Numbered from the stretch's first letter, positions 39,091-49,711 are shown. The stretch is 64,000 nucleotides of DNA from Candidatus Bathyarchaeota archaeon (GCA_963826715.1 CAWGYA010000007.1:128001-192000); one strand, 5' to 3'. Notes: generated by a model not told the origin, from the letters alone. Translations and numbers: made by a program.

Positions 39091-40044
39091 ATGTCTCATC
39101 CAGTTAGGGTCTTTAAATCCGCTGTAGACGGCAAATTCTACAAAGCAAACTACTCAGAACGTGGACGAAACGCAAGCTTAACTGCCGGTGGAATCGTTTC
39201 CCCAAGTGACGTTGAAGCAGTTGAAGCCGTAACAATCCTTGAGCAAGTATTGGGCTACGCATGGCCAGCTTACAATCTGCGTTCGATCTGCCGTACCATC
39301 CAGATGGATAACTTGCAAGAACGCATAGACGTCGCAACTAAATCCACTGGTCAACGCAAAGTTAAGCCCATGCAGGAAGCCGAGATAAGCAAAGATGCAT
39401 TCGCACCAGTCAACTTTGACCTCTGGAAAAACGTAGTGCACGTTGCTGTCGCCGATGAGGCAGGCATGAAATCAGCCCACAACATCCTGCAGTTGCAAAC
39501 AGAAGCTGCCGGCAGAGATGTAGGTCGCATGGAAAACCTCGACATCAAAGACATAGCCGAAGCCTGCACAGAAAAAACCTCCAGCACCCCATACGTGGAT
39601 TGGGCAGCAAAATCAAGCGGCATAAGCACAAACGACCCCTTCGACGCCATCATACCCGCCATCGACTACATCCAAGGAAAAGGCTGGCCTGTTGACTTCA
39701 TGGCACTACACCCCACAATCTACAGCAAATTCATCCGCAACACACACGTCAGAGAACTAGTCCATGCGGGCATTGCAAGTTTAGGTCCAAACGGCGGCGC
39801 TTTCACACTGCCAGGCTACCCAACCATCAAGATTGTCACTGACTTCGCATTAACAGAAACTCCAGATGGCACGCATGGCCCACTCATTGGCAGCTCAAGT
39901 GCTCCAGGCTTGGTTTTCGGTGAAGGTCCAACGATGGCAGCGCAGTACAGAGACGAAGCCAAAGGCTTTGACGGCTACATCATCCGCAAATGGCAAGAAC
40001 CCAAAGTCGTCATACAAGACGCCATCACAAAAATCTGCACCTAA
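39091..40044 (+). CDS. Major capsid protein, HK97 fold
   Basis: V.PMQEA, ALHPTIY, TLPGYP, position. Confidence 0.75.
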   Translation: MSHPVRVFKSAVDGKFYKANYSERGRNASLTAGGIVSPSDVEAVEAVTILEQVLGYAWPAYNLRSICRTIQMDNLQERIDVATKSTGQRKVKPMQEAEISKDAFAPVNFDLWKNVVHVAVADEAGMKSAHNILQLQTEAAGRDVGRMENLDIKDIAEACTEKTSSTPYVDWAAKSSGISTNDPFDAIIPAIDYIQGKGWPVDFMALHPTIYSKFIRNTHVRELVHAGIASLGPNGGAFTLPGYPTIKIVTDFALTETPDGTHGPLIGSSSAPGLVFGEGPTMAAQYRDEAKGFDGYIIRKWQEPKVVIQDAITKICT

Positions 40045-40045
40045 A

Positions 40046-40061
40046 CCCCTTTTTTTCTTTT
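40046..40061 (+). terminator. Oligo-T terminator after the MCP gene
   Basis: CCCCTTTTTTTCTTTT. Confidence 0.45.
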
Positions 40062-40067
40062 CAGTGA

Positions 40068-40673
40068 TTATTTTGGTAATGAGATCCCGTTGATGGGATC
40101 GTAGGGCGCATAGTAGAGGTACTGGGTTGAATTTTGTTTTTGCGTAAAGGTTAGTTGCAGTCCATCGCTCATAAAGAATATGAAATTTGTTGGGGTTCCG
40201 CAGTGTACGTTAATAGTTGTGCTGTTCAATATTTTAGCCGTGTTTACATATTCTAAGTATGAGGCAATTGTTTTTCCCCCGCCTCCACGATGGTAAGCGT
40301 ATTGGTGAGCATCGACTACGTTAAAACCTTGGGACCTCAAATCATCAATGTACCACTGAACTTTGGTTCTTCTTTCAGCGGACGCCAAAGCGTTTGGGGT
40401 AAGCAACACTACAAGCAGAATAATGCTCGTCAAAAAAACGGCTGTAAGTATTTTTACGCTCTTTTGGCTGGGGCTTCTTTTCCACAAATATAAGAGCATA
40501 GGGATTCCTGTTCCCAAAATTAGCCCCAAAGATAACAGTTGAGTGATCGGTCCCCAAGTATCAGGAGAATTGCTTGAACGTGGGTATCCCCATTCCAAGA
40601 GCGCAACCATTGCAACACCTATGATTATCAAATAGCAGATTGCAATGGCTGCCTTCTTTAACTTAGACTGCAT
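40068..40673 (-). CDS. Inserted membrane protein (about 3 TM)
   Basis: Antisense to the virion operon. Confidence 0.65.
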   Translation of the reverse strand: MQSKLKKAAIAICYLIIIGVAMVALLEWGYPRSSNSPDTWGPITQLLSLGLILGTGIPMLLYLWKRSPSQKSVKILTAVFLTSIILLVVLLTPNALASAERRTKVQWYIDDLRSQGFNVVDAHQYAYHRGGGGKTIASYLEYVNTAKILNSTTINVHCGTPTNFIFFMSDGLQLTFTQKQNSTQYLYYAPYDPINGISLPK

Positions 40674-40762
40674 TGATTTCCAATCTATTGAACAACCGGT
40701 GTTTGCTTATAAATTCTGCCTTACATTGTCCAATTAGCGCCCGCGGAAAACCACCGCATCCC

Positions 40763-41920
40763 CTAACTAATTTCTTTCTTACGGCTATTGCGGTAAACCA
40801 AAAGGGCAGCAACGCCAACAACTAACGCTGCTACAGTAACAGCCGCAGCAACCATGATTGGAAAACCATTCTGATTCGAGTGAGGTGTTGGCGAAGGAGA
40901 TGGTGACTGAGCATCAATTGGTGCATACGCTTCATTAACGGCATATCCCTCACCCGATGACAAGATGTTGCCACCAGCACCTCCAAGAGCATACATAGTA
41001 TTATCTACAACTGCTACTGCCAATCTATCTCGAGCAGTTAACATAGGAACACCAACACTCCAAGAACTATTTTCAGGGTTGAAAACTTGAAGCATATTCG
41101 TTCTGCTGCCGCCTGTCCCCTTCTCGCCAAGTTGTCCACCAACAAGATAGATTCTTGCAGAACCAAGCGGATCCGTAAGGGTGCATGCTGCTGAATTTAG
41201 CATAGTTGTTTGCATCGGAATTCCAATAGTCCAAGAGTCAGTCGTGGAATCATAAATTTGGGTAATATTCAAATTTCTCGGGTCGTCGGAATTACCTTGA
41301 CCGCCCAGTACATAGATTTTGTTGCCAATTACTGTCGAAGAAAAAGAAGCAACAGGATAAGGTATAGGTTGTTTTGTTTCCCACTTCTCGCTAGTTGGGT
41401 CATAGACTTGATTTGTAGAGACCGCTGAATTTGGTCCACCTGTTATGCCACCAATCAAATAAATTTGGCCATTGACTACGTTTGCTTCAAAATTTGCCCG
41501 CGGGGTAGGCATTGGCTGTTTTATTTCCCAGGCATTGGTTGCAGGGTCATAGACTTCAATTGCTCCAGTAACTGAAGAACTGAAGGGAGCGCCCCTACCG
41601 GTTAAGCCGCCAATGCAGTAAATCTTACTTTGATATGCTGCTATGGCAAAGCTAAACCTCGGAGTGGGCATTGCTGCTTTGATTGTCCAGGTATCGGTTA
41701 TGGGATCATATTCTTCAGTATTGTTTAGATCGGTAAAACCTCCGATAGCGTAAATTTTTCCATTTACCTCGGCGGCGCCTAAAGATGTTCTTGCGGTTGG
41801 CATAGGCTCTTTGGACACCCAAGTGCCTATATCCCCATCAGCTCCATAAACAGGAGTAAGGACTACAACACCCGATATAAGAAATAAGGCAACAAGCAGC
41901 AGAGCATGGCTTTTTCTCAT
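40763..41920 (-). CDS. Secreted Kelch-repeat beta-propeller with C-terminal TM anchor
   Basis: Six MPT.R...KIY.IGG...YDP...W repeats. Confidence 0.9.
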   Translation of the reverse strand: MRKSHALLLVALFLISGVVVLTPVYGADGDIGTWVSKEPMPTARTSLGAAEVNGKIYAIGGFTDLNNTEEYDPITDTWTIKAAMPTPRFSFAIAAYQSKIYCIGGLTGRGAPFSSSVTGAIEVYDPATNAWEIKQPMPTPRANFEANVVNGQIYLIGGITGGPNSAVSTNQVYDPTSEKWETKQPIPYPVASFSSTVIGNKIYVLGGQGNSDDPRNLNITQIYDSTTDSWTIGIPMQTTMLNSAACTLTDPLGSARIYLVGGQLGEKGTGGSRTNMLQVFNPENSSWSVGVPMLTARDRLAVAVVDNTMYALGGAGGNILSSGEGYAVNEAYAPIDAQSPSPSPTPHSNQNGFPIMVAAAVTVAALVVGVAALLVYRNSRKKEIS

Positions 41921-41955
41921 GCTTAGCTCTTGACTGCGTTTGAAATAAAAGCTTT

Positions 41956-41977
41956 CTCGTAAAGCTTTCTTGACTAA
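41956..41977. repeat. Motif A copy at the insertion boundary
   Basis: CTCGTAAA-GCTTTC-TTGACTAA. Confidence 0.6.
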
Positions 41978-42135
41978 AGGCTAAAAAATTGTTGAGACTT
42001 TGGTGGTTCTTTATGACTGATCAGAAATATGGTTCTTTGGTTAATGTTCAGGTTATGGCAGGCGTGACTGTAAATGTTGACGTGAGCTCCGTCGCTTCTG
42101 TTTCTGTTATTGGTTAAGTTATTAGTAGATTTGGA

Positions 42136-42504
42136 GTGATATGGTTGGTTTCTGTTTGTCCTGACGATGTACGCGACGTCCTAAATGTTACTTCCTCAGA
42201 AATAAGCGATGCCAAAGTTGCCAAGATGCTCAAAAGGGCAGCGGTAACTTTGAGCCTGGAGCTTTTCGTTGAGATTGACTATGCAGACTGTACTGATGCC
42301 CAAAAAGAAGCCATTACACTCTTAGCCGCCGTTTATGGCATCTGCTTCTTAACTGGAGGCTCAGCGATCGGCTTGAACTTTCAAGTAGGAGACCTAAACG
42401 TTAATCCATCTTCGAGTTTGCCAAGCTTAGAGGTGCTTGAAGGCGAGTTTTCACGTTTACTCAACAAGTTAAAGCGAAAGATGCCCAAAATCGTGGAGGC
42501 TTAG
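42136..42504 (+). CDS. Head-tail connector
   Basis: Paralogue of 7358..7708. Confidence 0.7.
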   Translation: MIWLVSVCPDDVRDVLNVTSSEISDAKVAKMLKRAAVTLSLELFVEIDYADCTDAQKEAITLLAAVYGICFLTGGSAIGLNFQVGDLNVNPSSSLPSLEVLEGEFSRLLNKLKRKMPKIVEA

Positions 42505-42508
42505 CGCT

Positions 42509-43900
42509 ATGGGTACTGTTCCTGAAGCCTATTACCAATTTATCATGACTTATGCACCTAATGTTTACGTTATCCCGCCTAGTACACCGGATCCAGCTTT
42601 TGGCAAAGGTGTTTTAGCAGCTAGTTTTGCTCTTGATTTTCTCTGTGAAGCCCAATCGGTACCGCAATTCGAAGGTAGAAAAACCGAAATTTTTGATAAG
42701 ATCGTGAGTTTAGCCGATTGGGTTCTAACTCAACAGAATCTGGATCCCGCGAGAAAAGCTTACGGTGGCTTTAGAAGTGCAGAAGAGAGTACCTACTACT
42801 ACAGTGTTGACGCTTGCAGAGTTATCTCGTCTCTTCTTTGGGCTTATAGATTAACAAGCGATTCACGTTACTTGGATGCTGCTAAGTTAGCAGGCGGGAC
42901 CTTCCTAAAAACAATGCAAGACCAGCAGACATACGGTGGCTTTGCCAGAGCCGTCACGATTGGAGATGCTTGGCTTCTGCAATTAGACGTCGAATGCCTC
43001 TATGGACTAATTGGCTTAAAGATGCTAGCAGAAGAATTCGATGTTGCTAACGATGCACTCTACCAGGGGATTATGAGCAATGCAATTGGCTTTTTGAGAG
43101 AGGGCTTTGAAAATCTATGGTTAAACTATGATCCTTCAGATAACAAATGGCACAGAGTAGGCCTCAGCGAAAATCAAGTTTACGATGATCCATTTGCCTA
43201 TGCACTGCTTGGTCTATATACGGTTGAAGGTTGGAGTGTTAGTTGCCAAAAAGTCTACGATGCCCTAAATAACATTCGAGCTAGCTCAACTTATCCAGCT
43301 TATGACCCTGCAGTTTGTTGGGCGGGATACATAGATGTTGTCAGCAGGTTTGTTGCAAGCGATTACTATGATGCAGTCACTAGTGGGATTTTGTGGAAGA
43401 TTCGCAAAGGCCATGACCAACCTAGCTTAGAATTGAGCGTGAAAGTGATCGAGAAGCACTTTGATGAGTTTATGTTCTGGGGTGTAAAGCATATCGATTA
43501 CAGTTGCGTGGAAAATAAATGGGCTATGGCTACAGTTTGCTGGTTAGCTCAGTTGCTCCTAAACTATGAGGAGCCTAAAACACAATTTACAAAGATTCTA
43601 AAAAGCAACGGCGAGGCGGTTGTGCTTTATCCTGTCCGAGAAACCGCTGATACAGTGACTTATGGTGAGCCGCTTGATTTGTTGGCTGTTGTTTCTGCGC
43701 TTAGAGCTGAGCAGGTGCTAATTGAAGCAGGTTATTATCTGAATGATTACTTGGCGTTCTACACTTTCTTGCCTGTTAGAGTGCATGACAAGATTCGCCG
43801 TCAAGGTGAAGACTATGAGGTGCAGACTGTGACGCCTTATACATTTGCTAATCAGCGTCTCTACTTCAAGAGCATAAATCGGAGGTTGCTTGGGACTTGA
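42509..43900 (+). CDS. Alpha/alpha-toroid domain fused to a head-closure-like domain
   Basis: Same length (463 aa) and highly similar to 5964..7355. Confidence 0.6.
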   Translation: MGTVPEAYYQFIMTYAPNVYVIPPSTPDPAFGKGVLAASFALDFLCEAQSVPQFEGRKTEIFDKIVSLADWVLTQQNLDPARKAYGGFRSAEESTYYYSVDACRVISSLLWAYRLTSDSRYLDAAKLAGGTFLKTMQDQQTYGGFARAVTIGDAWLLQLDVECLYGLIGLKMLAEEFDVANDALYQGIMSNAIGFLREGFENLWLNYDPSDNKWHRVGLSENQVYDDPFAYALLGLYTVEGWSVSCQKVYDALNNIRASSTYPAYDPAVCWAGYIDVVSRFVASDYYDAVTSGILWKIRKGHDQPSLELSVKVIEKHFDEFMFWGVKHIDYSCVENKWAMATVCWLAQLLLNYEEPKTQFTKILKSNGEAVVLYPVRETADTVTYGEPLDLLAVVSALRAEQVLIEAGYYLNDYLAFYTFLPVRVHDKIRRQGEDYEVQTVTPYTFANQRLYFKSINRRLLGT

Positions 43901-44913
43901 GCGCTACAGTTCCTCCTGAAAATCCTATGTCTACTGTTCTGCGCCTTATTGGTAACCGTATTAGAGTTGTTAAGGATGACAACTCAGTAGCAACCGTAAG
44001 ATGTAGTGAGGAAAATTATGATCGAGAATTGCTAAAAGGCATCGACGGTCACATCACCTGCAGTTTAGTGGATAGGCAGGATCAGAAGCTTAACAACAAT
44101 GGTACAAAACGGCGTAAAGTTGTATTTCTCAAGGTTTTGACTACCTCAGCTAATCGGGAGTTGCCTTCCGCTGATCCAGGGCGTACTATGCGGGATAAAA
44201 TCGCAACGCAAATTAACAATATTATCAGGGAATGCAGGCAGATTCCTTACATAACAACCTACAATTTCTATGGACTCGGCTACCCCGAAGGGGCACCCCA
44301 TAAAGCCAAAGATGCTGATGCCTCTTCAGAACTGACGCCCTCTGCAGCATCCTGGCTGGAGCTTGATGCGAGCAATTATCAAAAAATCTGGGCTAATGAC
44401 GATGTCTTGCACAGCAAAGTCACCTCCGTGACAGGGCAGTATCCTCAGATGTTGTTCTGTTTTAAAATCGGAAAAAGCGTAAACACTGACCTGCAGCCTC
44501 TCAAAACTTGCCTCAAGCAAATCATGCTCACTTGGATAGGCTACGGCATAGTAGCAGCAGGTGTAGATGGCGCCACAATTAAGGTTTGGAACAGCCAGAC
44601 GAACACTTGGACTAATGCGGCCTCCGGAACAGGGAGCGCAAAAGAAACACTTTCGATAACGTTAACAGAGAACCTCACAAACTACGCGGATGCAAACGGC
44701 TATCTCTGGCTCATAGCGAGAACTACAAATCCCAGCTCTGGAGCTGCTGCTACTTTGTACTGCGATTTTGTTCAATGTGTAATCTATGTCCAAGGCTTAA
44801 GCTACATCGATGTGGTGAGCGACAAGCCCTCAGATATCATTGATGTTAAGCCCTTTCTCTTCAAACATGAGTTCCAGCTTCGGGGCTTCTACTTCGAGGA
44901 TATATTATTGTAA
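43897..44913 (+). CDS. Tail terminator-like protein with inserted domain
   Basis: Paralogue of 4951..5967. Confidence 0.55.
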   Translation: MSATVPPENPMSTVLRLIGNRIRVVKDDNSVATVRCSEENYDRELLKGIDGHITCSLVDRQDQKLNNNGTKRRKVVFLKVLTTSANRELPSADPGRTMRDKIATQINNIIRECRQIPYITTYNFYGLGYPEGAPHKAKDADASSELTPSAASWLELDASNYQKIWANDDVLHSKVTSVTGQYPQMLFCFKIGKSVNTDLQPLKTCLKQIMLTWIGYGIVAAGVDGATIKVWNSQTNTWTNAASGTGSAKETLSITLTENLTNYADANGYLWLIARTTNPSSGAAATLYCDFVQCVIYVQGLSYIDVVSDKPSDIIDVKPFLFKHEFQLRGFYFEDILL

Positions 44914-44926
44914 CTGGTGACAAAGA

Positions 44927-45793
44927 ATGGTTGAGACCTATAGTGCAGACCAAGAACGCATCTACTACGTAGCTGAGACCGTAAAAGGCACAACACCCGC
45001 TAACCCCTCGATGCTTGGTGTTCCTCATGAATCAGTCAATCCAGGCTTCAATGCAGGCAATCTGCTTTTGCGTAGTGGCGGAAGCTATGATTTGTTCGCC
45101 ATCAAGAAAGGCACTCGTGTGCCCTCCCTCAAAGTTTCCTACATCGTGCCCTCGGCAGCACCAATAGATCTGCTACAATACGTCAAGATTGACTTGGATA
45201 AGACCTTGAGCGTTCAGGTCCTCTATCATAAAGGCTCTTTTGCATCAGCAACCGACATCCTCTCGCTGCTATACACTTACATGCGCATAGGCAAGGCAAG
45301 CGTAAGCTGCGAAATAGACGACGTCCTAAAATGCAACCTGGAAATGGTCGGGCAAAACCTCGTCACGGGCACAGCAAAATTGTCCGGTGCCACCTTCACC
45401 GATTATGCTGGGGCAGTGGCATTTAACGAAACAGACGTCACCATAGGTGGCTCACTAAACGATCGTGTTATGGGCTGGAAATTCGACGTAAACAATAACC
45501 CCAAGCAGGTGCCCGTTATCCGCAGCACCAACGGCTACCTAGCCAAGTACATTCCTTTTGGCAATCGGCAGCTGAGCGGTGAAGTCCGATTCGAATTTGA
45601 GAGCAAAGCAGAGATGGACAATGCCCTCGCTGATACCGAGTTTAACATTAGGTTTGGGCTTGGCGGCACAGCATATGCTCAGATGGATGCGGCAAAATGG
45701 AGCAACGTAACCAGCGAGAAGTGGCTTGATGACCTAATCGCGGTTAGGGCACAGTTTGACGCTAAAGGACCGCTTAGTATAGCGGCAAGTTAA
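44927..45793 (+). CDS. Major tail (tube) protein
   Basis: YYVAETVKGTTP; paralogue of 4071..4934. Confidence 0.75.
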   Translation: MVETYSADQERIYYVAETVKGTTPANPSMLGVPHESVNPGFNAGNLLLRSGGSYDLFAIKKGTRVPSLKVSYIVPSAAPIDLLQYVKIDLDKTLSVQVLYHKGSFASATDILSLLYTYMRIGKASVSCEIDDVLKCNLEMVGQNLVTGTAKLSGATFTDYAGAVAFNETDVTIGGSLNDRVMGWKFDVNNNPKQVPVIRSTNGYLAKYIPFGNRQLSGEVRFEFESKAEMDNALADTEFNIRFGLGGTAYAQMDAAKWSNVTSEKWLDDLIAVRAQFDAKGPLSIAAS

Positions 45794-45806
45794 CGGTGAT
45801 CTAAAA

Positions 45807-46235
45807 ATGGAGACTGCGAAAGTAAAAATCGACAGGCGTTTTGGCGAGCAATATGTAGGCGAGTATGAATTTCGCCAAATTACTCAAGGAGAATACGAGC
45901 GGGTGCTCATTAGCTATATGGATGCAGCGGGCAAAGTTCCCAAACAAGACATTCTCAAAGTCAACAGGGAATGCCTCTTTATGGCACTTGTCAGCCAACC
46001 CGCCAATAAACCGCTCTACAAAGACCTCATAGTTCAAGGGCGCCTCCCCTACGGTCTCTCATTGAAACTGCAGGAAATCTACGACACCGTAAATGGGATT
46101 GACGTTGAGGAGCAACGTTTTTTATCGTCGCCATCCGAGGAAAACGACCAAACCCCCGACTCACCAAGTTTGTCATGTGTGAGCGGTTTGGATGGACAGA
46201 AGCCGAGTATAACGCCACAAGCCGCCAGGCAATAG
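45807..46235 (+). CDS. Tail assembly chaperone (gpG-like)
   Basis: Paralogue of 3591..4055. Confidence 0.75.
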   Translation: METAKVKIDRRFGEQYVGEYEFRQITQGEYERVLISYMDAAGKVPKQDILKVNRECLFMALVSQPANKPLYKDLIVQGRLPYGLSLKLQEIYDTVNGIDVEEQRFLSSPSEENDQTPDSPSLSCVSGLDGQKPSITPQAARQ

Positions 46236-46336
46236 TCGAGTTTTCACTGATCCTGCGTACTTTAGATAAGATGGCCGCTGACGAAGCCAAAAAAGCTGAA
46301 CAGGAAAAAGGACATGTCAGTCGAGGTAACATTTGA
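45807..46336 (+). CDS. Tail chaperone -1 frameshift product (gpGT-like)
   Basis: T TTT TTA at 46118-46124; -1 frame FIVAIRGKRPNPRLTKFVMCERFGWTEAEY...GNI*. Confidence 0.75.
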
Positions 46337-46682
46337 CATCCAAGGCGTGGACGATTTTGTCCAGTCAATGCAACGTCTAGATAAGGCTATGCAGGAGCAG
46401 GTTCGCAGATGGCTCTATGATTGGGCACAGCGGGTAGTTGCTGAGGCAAAACGCAATGCTCCTGTGCGCACGGGTTACCTTCAAAGCAAAATATACGCTA
46501 TGGCGCAAGAGTGGGTTGTTGAAATCGGGGCAGGGGCAGCTTATAGCTACTTTGTTGAGTTCGGAACCCGCTACATGACAGCCCACCCGTTTCTTTATCC
46601 TGCAATTCAAGAGTTTCTCCCCGAGTTAGAAACCAACATCATAGGTGCAATTGAGCAGGCAAAAGCGGAGGCTGGTTTGTGA
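46314..46682 (+). CDS. HK97 gp10-like protein
   Basis: APVRTGYL, FVEFGT..M.AHPFLYPA. Confidence 0.85.
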   Translation: MSVEVTFDIQGVDDFVQSMQRLDKAMQEQVRRWLYDWAQRVVAEAKRNAPVRTGYLQSKIYAMAQEWVVEIGAGAAYSYFVEFGTRYMTAHPFLYPAIQEFLPELETNIIGAIEQAKAEAGL

Positions 46683-47221
46683 GTTTTCGAGAAATCACTT
46701 TGTCTATTCGGGCAATTAACCGAGCTAGCAGCGAGTTTAATCGCATTCAAACAGACGCCCAGCTCATGACAGCCCGTATCAAAAGCTTCGGCGCAGCTCT
46801 CGCTGGGTTAGGCGCAGCGGGCACAGCCATCGGGTACATGGCTAACCAATTTGGGATCCTAAACGATGAGCAAACCAAAGTTTTCACAGGCACCATGATG
46901 CTTGTCTCAGTCATGGGCATGTTCCTACGTACAAGCACCGGATTAGCTATAGCTCAAAAAGTCTATTCTGCCGCGTGCGCGTTTGCAACTGCCGTCCAAA
47001 ACGCACTCAACATCAGCTACGCAACCTTCCTGGCACTTACAGGTGTAGGCATCGCTGTGATTGCCGCAGCAGCTGGAGCCATGTATGCCTTCGCCAACAG
47101 CATGAATACGGCGACGGCAAGCGTCCAAAACTTCAATGCGACGGCTGCCGAGACGCCCACCAGGGTTAGGGGTATTACTCGGGCAGGAGACGCAGAGCTG
47201 GCAAGGCGAGGGATCGAATAA
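46679..47221 (+). CDS. Short tape-measure-like protein (180 aa)
   Basis: Paralogue of 2589..3170. Confidence 0.7.
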   Translation: MSFREITLSIRAINRASSEFNRIQTDAQLMTARIKSFGAALAGLGAAGTAIGYMANQFGILNDEQTKVFTGTMMLVSVMGMFLRTSTGLAIAQKVYSAACAFATAVQNALNISYATFLALTGVGIAVIAAAAGAMYAFANSMNTATASVQNFNATAAETPTRVRGITRAGDAELARRGIE

Positions 47222-49711
47222 ATGTCCACGGCTACTCCAAGTATTGCCCTTGTTTTTGGCGCGGTAATGCCTCCGCAAAACGATGTCGTTGAGATGTTGG
47301 TCCATTTAGGCTGCAGCAAAGAAGTCAGCAGCTACGAACTAACGTTGCACAACCATGACGGCAAGTACAGCCCAGGCGGATCAACACCCATAACCGTGGG
47401 AACGGACGGCTCAATCAGCGTAGGGCGCACACCAAACTGTCCCCTGCTCATGACGCTGCGAGTGGAAAAGGTCTGTTACCAAAGCTCGCCAACTGAGAGC
47501 TACATTACTGTTTCTGGGCGATGCTGGGGGGAGCGGCTGTTCCGCCGAGTCGTCACAGCAACCTATTCGGGCATGAAGGGCGAAGAAATAGTTAAGGACC
47601 TGATGGATTACTATGCAGGTCTTAGCCACAACAGAAGCGGCATTGAACTTGTTGAAAACACGGACACAGCCTATACGGAATTGGAGTACGAGGACTCGCC
47701 CGTCTGGGACATCCTTAAGTACGTTGCCGAATCCGCCGACAGAACAGGTGTTATAGGTTTTGACTTTCGGGTAGCGCCAGATGGCAAATTCGAGTTTTTC
47801 CCCAAGCTCTCAAAAACTAATTCAGCTGTAATCACCGAAAACATTGATACCACAGCAGAATACGAAAAGGACATCACTCGGATCAGAAACAAAATTTTAG
47901 TTTGGGGTTTAGCTGACAAAAGTCTCCCAAGTAATAAAGTTGCTTGGACACGCAGCCTAACAACGCCCGAGGGCACTTGGACAGCAAGCGCTGGAACTGC
48001 AAGCCTTGACGGCTCAGCGGCACCGGACGGCGGCGCCTGCATTAAACTGTATGCACCCAACAACTACTTTGGCAGCGCCAATTTCACGTTAAACACGGGA
48101 AACCTGCTAGACTGCGAAAAATACCCTATCTTAGCAGTCATGCTCGAAGCAGAGAATACATTTAGCGGAACAGGGCAAATCACCCTCTACGACAACACCT
48201 ATAAAACCGCAGATAAAGAAATCTCCATTAGTCCTGACGGTTCTTGGCATAATTTTGAGACTGGTGTCGGTTCTACATATAAAAATCAGTGGAATTGGGT
48301 GCAAGATGGCTTTGACTGGACAAAAATTCTAGTCATTCGCATTACCTTCTATTATCCTGGTGTAGGAACGGGAAGCTTTTGGATTCATCAACTCTACATA
48401 GGCGGCCGCCGATATTGCGGCATCGCTGAGAATGCAGAAAGCCAGACAGCCTACGGATTAAGGGAATACGTTGAGGTCGATGAGGAACTTTGGAGCGATG
48501 GCGAATGCAACAGGCGAGCAGCTTCACTTTTGGCTTATCTCAAAGACCCAGCTGAGCATCTGCACATAGTTAGCAACGTCTTGGATTATGGGACGTCGCC
48601 GATTCTAGGCGCGGATAAGGTGCCTGTGCAGTTGCCAGTTGAAGGCGTCAACAGCCAATTTAGGGTTGAATGGGCTGAGTATAGAGTGCCAAAAGAGGAC
48701 CCGACAAAGCTGGAAATAACTTTGGAGCTCGGCAAGGAACCGCCGCACCTAGCCGATTTCCTCTATGGCTTGCGCACCCATACACCAAACGTTGAAAAAC
48801 TTAGCCGAACCAAGCTTGGCAAACGAGGCATCCCCGTATCCTCTGGCGGAAGCGGAGGAGGCGGAACAGCAAGCAGTTACTTTAACAGCAATGTGGAAAT
48901 CGACAAAACCTCACCTGTGCTGAATTTGTTAACTAGCCGTAATCATAAATCTGCTTTAGGGTTTGATGGCGCCAACACTTTTCTTGCAGCCTATACCGGG
49001 GACCTGATTCTAAATTCGGCGCTCAATCATCTTATTCGTCCTAACTCAGATGGCAATGATGACCTGGGCAATGGCACTTTCCGTTTTGGCTCGCTTTATC
49101 TTAAAAATAAGCTGTATGTTGCAGGCTGGGAAGTTGTTGCTGACACGGGCAGAGTTAATATGCATTCATTGCCTCGTGACGTCGCGGGTTATGTTTTGGA
49201 GGCTCAAGGGGCAGGTTTCTATCCAATGTATGTTGACCCGAACGGGAGGTATATTCCAGCAGCTCACAGCCATCAAAGTCTTGTTCGTGGAGCAAAATTT
49301 GTAGAGCTTGATGCGACTAATGCTGTAGCCAACTTTTATGACGGCGCTAACCTAAAAGGCGCAGTAGGCCATGACGGAGCAAACTATTTCGTAGTTGCAT
49401 ACACCGGAGACCTTGTTTTAAAGGGTGCAAACGGGATCATTAGGCCAAACTCTAGCGCGAGTGATGATTTGGGGAATGCAACTTTTCCTTTTGGCAATAT
49501 CTTCGTTAATGGAGTTGGCAGTTTTGGCTGGGTGAACGTTGCGGGTTTTACAGTGATTAATTCCTCAAGGCAGCTCGTCAATACCTCAGTTAGCGCTTTG
49601 AGCATAGATAGAGATGGCGTGACTGAAGATGTTGCCGTGGCAAAAGTCGGCGGCGGGACTAGAACGTTACATTTTCAGAACAGCCGATACACCGGATATA
49701 CAGATTCCTAA
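47222..49711 (+). CDS. Tail hub/baseplate protein with an inserted carbohydrate-binding-like domain and C-terminal fibre repeats
   Basis: Hub-like N-terminus, SQTAYGLRE; two AYTGDL.L...IRPNS...DDLGN repeats. Confidence 0.7.
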   Translation: MSTATPSIALVFGAVMPPQNDVVEMLVHLGCSKEVSSYELTLHNHDGKYSPGGSTPITVGTDGSISVGRTPNCPLLMTLRVEKVCYQSSPTESYITVSGRCWGERLFRRVVTATYSGMKGEEIVKDLMDYYAGLSHNRSGIELVENTDTAYTELEYEDSPVWDILKYVAESADRTGVIGFDFRVAPDGKFEFFPKLSKTNSAVITENIDTTAEYEKDITRIRNKILVWGLADKSLPSNKVAWTRSLTTPEGTWTASAGTASLDGSAAPDGGACIKLYAPNNYFGSANFTLNTGNLLDCEKYPILAVMLEAENTFSGTGQITLYDNTYKTADKEISISPDGSWHNFETGVGSTYKNQWNWVQDGFDWTKILVIRITFYYPGVGTGSFWIHQLYIGGRRYCGIAENAESQTAYGLREYVEVDEELWSDGECNRRAASLLAYLKDPAEHLHIVSNVLDYGTSPILGADKVPVQLPVEGVNSQFRVEWAEYRVPKEDPTKLEITLELGKEPPHLADFLYGLRTHTPNVEKLSRTKLGKRGIPVSSGGSGGGGTASSYFNSNVEIDKTSPVLNLLTSRNHKSALGFDGANTFLAAYTGDLILNSALNHLIRPNSDGNDDLGNGTFRFGSLYLKNKLYVAGWEVVADTGRVNMHSLPRDVAGYVLEAQGAGFYPMYVDPNGRYIPAAHSHQSLVRGAKFVELDATNAVANFYDGANLKGAVGHDGANYFVVAYTGDLVLKGANGIIRPNSSASDDLGNATFPFGNIFVNGVGSFGWVNVAGFTVINSSRQLVNTSVSALSIDRDGVTEDVAVAKVGGGTRTLHFQNSRYTGYTDS

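Noticed and set aside
48890-49520. DGR template/variable repeat in the tail protein
   Set aside because: In-frame protein repeats with differences not limited to adenines; no reverse transcriptase in the window
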